A DNA stretch of 62,000 nt from the NCBI GenBank assembly GCA_951406725.2, contig OX597826.1:60222001-60284000 (forward strand), in the 5' to 3' direction. The position numbers and the translations under genes were made by a program. The first letter of the stretch is position 1. Each line of letters starts with the position of its first letter. Below the pieces are notes generated by a model that saw only the letters and a list, made by a program, of their open reading frames with translations, did not search any database and had not been told where the DNA came from. This stretch comes from Octopus vulgaris. Its lineage: Eukaryota. Positions 52,776-62,000 of this stretch are shown here, one piece after another.

Positions 52776-54047
52776 ACAAACTGAGGAAAAGAATGTAATT
52801 GTTTATATAATTTTTGTTGCAGTTACACGTAGGATAAGACTTACATATATAAATTAAATATAGACATATTCTATTGACAATCAAATAATATATTTATATT
52901 ACGATTACATTAAATTCTACGAATATAATATATAACGTAACATATTATATAATATAAACAATTATAAAAGCCAAAAAAGGCCAACAAATTGTTTCAACGT
53001 ATTTATATCTTTCCTAATATACATAATCATAGTTCCATTATATATATAGTAACTTCCGTTTCTTTGGTTTAGAAAAAGACGAAATTCCATGTGAAAGGAC
53101 GGCTGGATTTTAGAAATTAATTCAAATGTCTGTGTTATGAGTGTGGGCGTTAACTATTCTACCACACATCAATTACAATTAAATAAATAACAAAAACACT
53201 TCAATGGGCGAAAGAATCAAGTAAGTGCAATCCACAACCTTCGAAATTAATTTCAATCGTCGCAATTAATTTCATTATATCTCAAACACATACCAATTGA
53301 AACCCTTTCATGTCCAAGATAGCCGCTTGTCATCACAACATACAACAATAAAATGTGTGTGTATAAATGTATACAATTAAGTATCTAAGTCTTCTCCAAC
53401 GTGTAACTGCAACAAAAAATATATGAACAAATATATTATTTTCCTCGGTGTGCTGCTTTTATATACATACATACATACATACATACATACATACATACGC
53501 GCACACACAGACACATAGGTATGCATGCACGTATGTAAATATATCTTTAGAGATAGCGGACGATTTTCTTTTTCGGTGGGGCAGAGACGGAAATTCAAAT
53601 AAAATATTTAAGAAACTGGTCTTAATGTGAAGCATTGTAGTCGAACTTCATCGTTCTGAGTTCCAACACCAAAAGATTCAAGGTCATCACAAATTTAGAT
53701 AAACATCATCGGGACAGGAACTAGAACTATTGACTATTAAGTTACTTCCCCTATTGTGACGCAAGATATAGTTATGGAAGTAGTACTTTTTTGCTCCATA
53801 GACTATAAGTATAGTTGGAAATTCCATAGTTGATTTGAATAGTGTAAGGCGATTGGATGTAGTGTATACAAAACTACTGACTATGTAATCTTTCTCAAAA
53901 TACAATTTTGTCTAAAACATTTAACTGTCCGTATATATACTATTTTCCTTGTTACATACTTATACCCGCTTGTAACTTAAGAGATTTTATCTGTCATTAA
54001 TCACTTTGCATCAAAATGTAAGCAAACCTTACAAAATGTAAAGCATT

Positions 54048-54455
54048 GGAGTGGCTGCGTGGTAGTAGCTTGCTTACCAACTACATGGTTTTGGGTTCAG
54101 TCCCACTGCGTGGCACGTTGGGCAAGTCCCTTCTACTATAGCCTCAGGCCGACCAAAGCCTTGTGAGTGGATTTGGTAGATGGAAACTGATAGAAGCCCG
54201 TCGTATATATATATATATATGTATGTGTGTGTATACGTTTGTGTCTGTGTTTGTCCCCTAAAAACCGCTTGACAACCGATGCTGATGTGTTACGTCCCCG
54301 TAACTTAGAGGTTCGTCAGAAGAGACCGATAGCGTAAGTACTAGGCTTACAAAGAGTAAGTCCTGGGGTCGATTTGCTCGACTAAAGGCGGTGCTCCAGC
54401 ATGGCCACAGTCAAATGACTAAAGCAAGTAAAAGAATAAAAGAATAAAAGAATAA
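54048..54455 (+). mobile_element. SINE family A copy
   Basis: GGAGTGGCTGCGTGGTAG..GGGTTCAGTCCCACTGCGTGGCAC..AAGTAAAAGAATAAAAGAATAAAAGA. Confidence 0.9.
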
Positions 54456-55032
54456 ACCTCTCGCCTTCCATTTTCGTGTCTTCTTTTCTATATGGTTTTC
54501 ATCATATTTATTTTGCGTGGTCAGTATAAATTCTGCCTCTAAATTCTTTCTTTGTATCATCTGTTATTCTGTATTTCATTCTCTATTCCTATCAAATCTT
54601 CTTTCTACCTTTTCATTAAGTCTGCAGTTTCCTCCTCTCTCTCTCTCTTCTCATCCATTTCTCTATCACATCTTTGCTCCTGCACCAATATCAATTCTCG
54701 CGCCATTGCCAGTGTCTCCGCTACCATCAATAACATGACTGCCCACTGTTTACTTCCTGTGTATGAGTTGCTTACATAAAAGTGACGTTGGAATGAACTA
54801 TTGTATTCGTAGAAAAGATGGAAAATACATTTTTCAATAATACTCAAATATATATTGATATACTGCTTTGAAAACGTGTTTCTATATGGTTATCTATCTG
54901 CCTGTTTGTCTGTCTGTCTGCCTGCCTTTCTCTCTGTCTCTCTATCTATCTATCTGATTGCCTGTCAGTCTGTGTGTCTGTATTCCTGTCTAAAGCTCTC
55001 CCTCACCTGTCTGTCTTTTCTCTCTCTTTCTT

Positions 55033-55091
<59 letters not shown>

Positions 55092-55136
55092 ATATATATA
55101 TGTGAGTTTATCTATATCTCTGTATATATCTATATC

Positions 55137-55202
<66 letters not shown>

Positions 55203-56488
55203 CATATATATATGCATGTATTTGCGTGCGTGTTGTTTTCATATTATTGTTTTTAATATTACTCGTTATATTTTGTTTTAAAGTCAGACTTCTCGCTGTT
55301 ATGTAATATTTTGTGTGCATTGTGTATGTATGCACATATGTATAAGATATATGTAAATATGTGGACGTATATATATGTTGTAGATATGTTGGTATGTATG
55401 TTGTATACGTCCGTATGCATATATTCAAGGTAGTGTTGTTTTCGTGTAAGACAATGGACGCTTCAAAATGTTTTTTAGTAGCTTCTTATGTGGTGTGGTA
55501 TCTAAATCTAAACTTATTTTCTTCGGCTTTTACAGTGTCACCTCATACACAAATGCATGTCTGCACGCGTTTAAATTCAGACATATAGATATAGAGGGAC
55601 ATAATTATTGTAATCCAGTTAGAACGTAGATATAAAAGGAAATGTGAGAGAACTATAAGGGGAAAATGGTAAGTAATTTGCCAAGAAAATCAATCGAGAC
55701 TGTGGGCGATGGTCTATATATTTAACAAGTGTTTCTCAAAGAGTCTAGATTTTTCCGACATATTGGACATATTTCAATTGAGTTCTGTCTCGGGTAATTT
55801 TTAAAGAATACTCACCTATTATTGTTTTTGTAAGATCTTCATACTTCCACAATTTTCTATTTCGTACCTTAGACCTAAACGCCGTCTGTTTATCATGGGA
55901 TGTATTCAAGTATTTTTGTGATTATCCTAGCTTTTAGGTAAGAATGGCTATAGTATCCTAGGCGAAATTTCTTTCTGTAAACTAGAGATGGTTTGATATA
56001 GGTTAACGCAGTTTTGTAATAGCTTCTGAATTACAGGACATATTAAGTGTTCGAAAAATTTGTTTCAACATAAGCAAAATATATTTTATAAGCATGAAGA
56101 TATACAGTTTCTATTAGTTGTACAACTTGAGGTCTTTGAACTCGGAATCTATGCTTAAGATAATCAGAGACGTGTTTATTTTTATGAAATTCTTTTAAGC
56201 CATGGAAACATTAAATATAAACTTCGCTGAGAACATTGCTTTAAACGGAGAGATAATTCAGCACCGTCTTATCGTTGGAAGGCGTGTAAGTGCAGTTACA
56301 ACCAATTTTGCTTTTAAATCCGTTGCTTAGTAACTCATTGTTGCATTTGTATATTTGTCTTTCTATTTGTTGACAAACTATATAATTATCATCAAACTCC
56401 AAAAGCGAGTTCTAATGAATTTTTGATGTAAAATACCAGTGCTACACCTGCATTCAAGTGATAGTCTTTTGTTTATGCAATGTATGTT

Positions 56489-56520
<32 letters not shown>

Positions 56521-57109
56521 CGCGTGTATTTGTATGTATATATTTATTACATATGTACATATATACATATATACGTATAAACACACACTCACATATACAT
56601 ATATATGTATATGTATATATACGTACATATATATATAAATATATATATAATCCTGTATGTCTATGCATTCATATGCATATACATGTGCGCATGTGTGTTT
56701 GTGTGTATGTGTATGCGCGGTGTATGTGTGTGTGTGAGTGAATCATTGTGTGTGTGTGTGTGTCTGTGTATGTGTGTGTGAGTGTGTGTGTGTGCGAGTA
56801 CATCTATATGTATGTGTAACTATGCCTTAAATATCTTTGGAGTGTGGGATCAGTTGCATTTGCAGCATATGATGCAGCTATTTACACTCCCCGAATTCAA
56901 GGCATAGGCCGTGACAAGAAGACGCTTGGTAGCTGTTGCAGCTGCTACAGAACTGTACAGAGATCATTGGCCATTCTCGTAGAAGAGTAAGTTGTGAAGA
57001 AAGGACACATTGAAACATTGGTAACTGCTCATATTCCTAAAAAAAACAGCTTGTTCATGTCATTATATGCATGTGCTATCAGCTATGTATATGCTTGCAT
57101 ACATATGTA

Positions 57110-57135
57110 TATACGTACATACACACACATGTATA

Positions 57136-57166
<31 letters not shown>

Positions 57167-57253
57167 GTAAATATCTATATATATATATACATACTTATAT
57201 ATATATATACATATATATATATATGTAAATATCTATATATATATACATACATA

Positions 57254-57293
<40 letters not shown>

Positions 57294-57296
57294 TCC

Positions 57297-57344
<48 letters not shown>

Positions 57345-57389
57345 GTATATATATATGGATATTTACATATATATATATTTATATATACA

Positions 57390-57423
<34 letters not shown>

Positions 57424-57618
57424 AGTATGTATGTATATATATATATAGATATTTATATATATATATATATATATATATAAATATATATATACATGTGTGT
57501 GTATGTACGTATATACGTATGTATGCAAGCATGTACATACATGATAGCACATGCATATAATGACATGAACAAGCTGTTTCTTTAGGAATATGAGGAGTTA
57601 CCAATGCTTCAACGTTTC

Positions 57619-57688
<70 letters not shown>

Positions 57689-57690
57689 GT
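57110..57690. repeat. Degenerate TA-rich minisatellite/microsatellite field
   Basis: Recurrent ATATATGTAAATATCTATATAT..ACATACTTATAT units. Confidence 0.9.
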
Positions 57691-57969
57691 GTATATATGT
57701 ATATATACATGTGGACAGCCATATGCTAGAAATAGATCCCCTATGATAAGACTACTGAATTTCTCTAGAGAATATTCTTTCTCTGTAGTTTGATCGTAAG
57801 TGATATATTTGAAAACAAATGGCTGTCCACATGGTGGTTTTTAAACCTTAAAATATACACATGTATTAGAATTTTCTCTATTTTTCAGATTTTTGTATGC
57901 TAGGCTACTGGTTTTAAATTGATATTAATTAAATTAATATTCAATTTAATTCCCACATTATTTAAATCT

Positions 57970-58046
<77 letters not shown>

Positions 58047-58903
58047 CATATATATATATACATATGTACATATATATACACATATACATACATATATAAA
58101 TATATGTGTGTGTTTGTGTGTGTGCGTGCGCGTGTGGACATATTTATAATTGCATCCACAGATGCAATTATCTGACGCCTTGGTATATACGCTCTATTAC
58201 TACTGGATTACCGAAACACTTAAGAGTTCGATATCCCAACACTTTGTCCTCAGCATCACCCATATTAACACCTACAACTCCCCTCACGCAAAACCTACAC
58301 AAACACCTCAGCGGCACACATGCGCACAATACACCTTTGCTCAAAACAATACGAAAGTTCGATCTCTTAACGAATATCAATACCGGAGTTAAAAGCCTCC
58401 TAAAAGGGTCTTTAAAAGACTCCTAATGACAGTCTTTGTCCTGGTAAGGGATTTGTTATTGCAGAAGACCTTTCCGTTAATCTTTATTCTGGTCTTGTAA
58501 CATTTACAGTTATAGTCCCAAACACTATGTACGTATGTATCGATATATATATATGTATGTAAGTATGCATGCATACGCACACAGAAACACACCCACACAT
58601 ATACCTATGTTCACATGTACCAACATACATATATGCACATATATTTATGCAACGATATACGTGCATACTTATACTTCTTATTAAACCATATTAAATGTTT
58701 CTTGACGGAAAGTACTAAGGTACTGAGTTACTTGCATTATAGATAATAGCAGCGAGTTCGTTTTATGTACGCGTATATGCACGCGAAATTATGTAATTAA
58801 ACACACAAACTCACACATATATGTATGTATGCTCTCTCTATATACGTGTGTGTTTGTGTGTGTGTGTTTGTGTGTGTGTGTATGTGTGTATCTATATATA
58901 TAC

Positions 58904-58952
<49 letters not shown>

Positions 58953-58969
58953 GGTCCCAGAGTAAATTA

Positions 58970-59805
58970 ATTTATTTTATAGAAGGAGCTTCTACAGGAC
59001 TAGAACTGTTTCATTCAAAAGAAATCATCAGGAAGCAAGTAGACAAGAGTTGTTTTGGTATTTATACATTTAGGCAGGTTTAAATGGGTTGTGGTGGGGG
59101 ACTTTTTTGGGGGTAGGCATGGCGCAAAACTGTCATTATTAGGGGAGTGGTCAAAGGAATCGGTGGTAAAGTAGATAAAAGAATAAATAAAAGAATAAAA
59201 AATAAAAATAAAAATAAAAGTAAAAATAAATATAAATATAAATGTGTGCATGTGTATATATGTATGAGTGTATATGTGTATGTATATGTATATGAATGTA
59301 TATGTGTATATATATATGTATATATATGTGTATATGTGTATGTATATGTATGTATGTGTATGTATGTGTACATGTATATGTGTATATATATTAATTAGTG
59401 TATATGTATGGACTAGTCTTATGTGGGTGTGTTGAGGTATGTATGTGTATGCGTGTATGTGAATATACGTGAATGTATGTAGATGTAGGCGTGTATGAAT
59501 ATAACTTGTGCGTGAGTGTACGTGTGGATGTGTGGGCGTGAGTAAGTGCTTGCGTTCGTATCAGTAAGTAGATAGAATAACAGAACCTTTAGAGATCCCT
59601 TGGGACAAGTTTGACCGGTCAAGATAAAAATAAAGATATAAACAAAAGTAGTTAATAAAATTAAAATAAGAGAATAAAGATGTGTGTGTATGTGCGTGCA
59701 TGTATATGCATATGTATATATATGTGCGAGTGGGTATACATATGTGTATGTATGTGTATGTGTTTGTGTATCTGTGTGTACGTACATGAGTATGTGTAGA
59801 TATAT

Positions 59806-59837
<32 letters not shown>

Positions 59838-60304
59838 ATGTGTATGTGTACGTATGTATGTGTATATATATATGTATGTATATGTGGGTATGTATGTATA
59901 TGTATAGATATATGTGAATAGGCGGGTGTGTATATGTGTATGTGTATATATATATATGTAGATGTACAAGTGAGAGTCTCCCCACTTACCTAAAACTTTT
60001 CTATTTATATTTTTTTATATATTTTTTGTTTTAATATTTATATTTATTTTTATTTATTTATTTATTTTTTTATTTTTATTCTTTTATTTATTCTTTTACC
60101 TACTTTACCACCGATTCCTTTGACCACTCCCCTAATAATGACAGTTTTGCGCCATGCCTACCCCCAAAAAAGTCCCCCCCCACCACCCATTTAAACCTGC
60201 CTAAATGTATAAATACCAAAACAACTCTTGTCTACTTGCTTCCTGATGATTTCTTTTGAATGAAACAGTTCTAGTCCTGTAGAAGCTCCTTCTATAAAAT
60301 AAAT
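58970..60304. repeat. ~230-bp near-perfect inverted repeat pair around an ~870-bp spacer
   Basis: 58970 to ~59200 matches the reverse complement of ~60075-60304 with only a few differences. Confidence 0.9.
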
Positions 60305-60599
60305 ATATATATATATATATATATATAGTAATACTAATATTACTAGAATTTACCGTATAACGGTCCTGGTTTCATACCGAATTCTATTTGGTGAAATTTA
60401 TTGATTACTTCGTAATTAATTAGTTTTACCCTTAATTGCTATATATATATGGTTTCACATGAAATGTCGCATTTCTAATTATTTGTTATTTCAATCATTT
60501 AAAAACTCAATGATGTATACTATTGTATTTAAAGTTGACTCTTTTTTTCTTTCCCAGTAATATTGGAATACAAAATTCGTCCCCACAGACCTTATGAAA

Positions 60600-60785
60600 A
60601 TGATAACAACCAAATAGCTGTTGAATGATTTTCTCGTATGAGTACATACTGGGTCACCCTGCTGCAGAGGCTCTACAGAATATCAAGCGGGTCTTTCTTA
60701 ATGGCTTTGTTGACATCAGAACTTTTCAGAGAAGGTTCCAAAATTTTCGTTCAGGTGGTGATAGCCTTGAAAATAAACCAAGGAT
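60600..60785 (+). mobile_element. Mariner transposase N-terminal HTH remnant
   Basis: IFSYEYILGHPAAEALQNIKRVF..VDIRTFQRRFQNFRSGGDSLENKPR parallels mariner FLYEFKLG..AAE..RNI...F....V..RT.QRWF.KFRSG..SLE...R. Confidence 0.65.
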
Positions 60786-61765
60786 AATTAAAGGTGTTAC
60801 ATTCCTACTTCCAAAACATGAAGAAACATATTAACCAAAGATTTATCGACCCATAACCTGCTTAACAGCAATGTATAAAGTACTAACATCTGTCTTGACT
60901 GAATATACTTATAGTTTTTTAATGGAAAGTGGCATGTTCGTTAATGAGCAAGAAGGATGTAAACGTGGGTCCTGTGGTTGTAAAGATCAGCTACTCATCA
61001 ATTAGATGATCTTAGGAGATAGTAACAAACGACACAAGTTGTCGATAGACTGGATAGACTATATAAAATACTCTTGATAGTCTACTATGTAGCTGGATTA
61101 AGAAATGTATAAAATCGTACCTACTGTAAATATGAGACCTACACTGACTTACAAATATGAGAACTACACTGACTTTCAACAGTGACAATGAATCTCTCAA
61201 TGTTGGAGATGTAAGAAATGCAAGTGGCATTTTCCAGGGAGACTTTCTATCATTATTCGTCTTTTGTCTAGCCTTAATACCCCTCTCGAAATTGCTCGAT
61301 GATGTACAATATGGCTATAAAATATTATATCTGATAACATCTCTTTTACACGGTTGAATTAAAGTACTTTGCAAAAATGATCAACAACTACTGGGTTTAC
61401 TAGCATTTATTAAGTAATACAGTGATTACACCAGGATGCAATTTGGCTTCGATAAACGTACAAAAGTTACCTTTATGAAAGTAAAAATGATAGCAACATC
61501 CAACGTTAATATTGACCAACAGAACGTCATAAAGGAACAAGAAACAGGGGAGAGCTACAAATACCTAGGGGTATTTGAAGGTGATGAAATCAAACATGCA
61601 ACGATGGAGGAAATGATCAGAAAAGCATGTTTTCCTAGGGTAAGAGCAATACTTAAGACAGCGTTAAATATAAGAAACAGGATCGAAGCGATAAATATTT
61701 TAACCATACCAGTCGTGCCTTACAGTTTCAATATCATTAAGTGGTGTATTACTGAAATATGTAAT
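60786..61765 (+). mobile_element. Decayed R4/Dong-like LINE RT fragment
   Basis: KGVTFLLPK..YRPITCL..MYKVLT..EQEGC..GCKDQLLIN..WIDY..GIFQGD.LS..FCLALIPLS..MQFG.DK..YKYLG..AIN..IPVV.YSF, with stop codons and frameshifts. Confidence 0.85.
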
Positions 61766-61767
61766 CT

Positions 61768-62000
61768 TATTTATTTGTTGCCCACAAGGGGCTAAACATT
61801 GAGGGGACAAACAAGGACAGACAAAGGGATTAAGTTGATTACATCGACTCCAGTGCGTAACTGGTACTTAATTTATCGACACCGAAAGGGTGAAAGGCAA
61901 AGTCGCCCTCAGCGGATTTTGAACTCAGAAAGTAACGGCAGACGAAATACCGCTAAGCATTTCGCCCGGCGTGCTAACGTTTCTGCCAACTCGCCGCCTT
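61768..62000 (-). mobile_element. SINE family C, young and near full length
   Basis: Reverse complement AAGGCGGCGAGTTGGCAGAAACGTTAGC..TTCTGAGTTCAAAATCCGC (B-box-like)..TTTGCCTTTCACCCTTTCGGTGTCGATAAATTAAGTACC (resembles Meta/MESC-type central domains)..TTTGTCTGTCCTTGT tail. Confidence 0.85.

Overview
AT-rich, microsatellite-dense eukaryotic DNA. The SINE families and simple-repeat pattern match what I recall of octopus (coleoid cephalopod) genomes; this is an inference, no search was run. Only one intact protein-coding gene is supported: an intronless class A (rhodopsin-like) peptide-receptor-like GPCR on the minus strand (ATG 43628, stop 42432, 398 aa). The rest is transposon debris and simple repeats. 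It includes about 12 copies of a CORE-like tRNA-derived SINE, other SINE families with swapped tails, and decayed LINE fragments (L1/Tx1, RTE, three R4/Dong-like, one HERO-like). It also has two mariner remnants, several palindromic MITEs and Helitron-like termini. Best second-look items: a dispersed and tandem repeat family carrying a non-canonical minimal hammerhead-like motif (Penelope/retrozyme-like), a near-canonical hammerhead candidate at 134-178, a perfect 191-bp inverted duplication upstream of the GPCR, a second ~230-bp near-perfect inverted repeat, and a SINE whose 3' tail resembles the 3' end of the L1/Tx1 remnant. Most ORFs in the supplied track are microsatellite translation artefacts. 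No rRNA, true tRNA or CRISPR array was seen.
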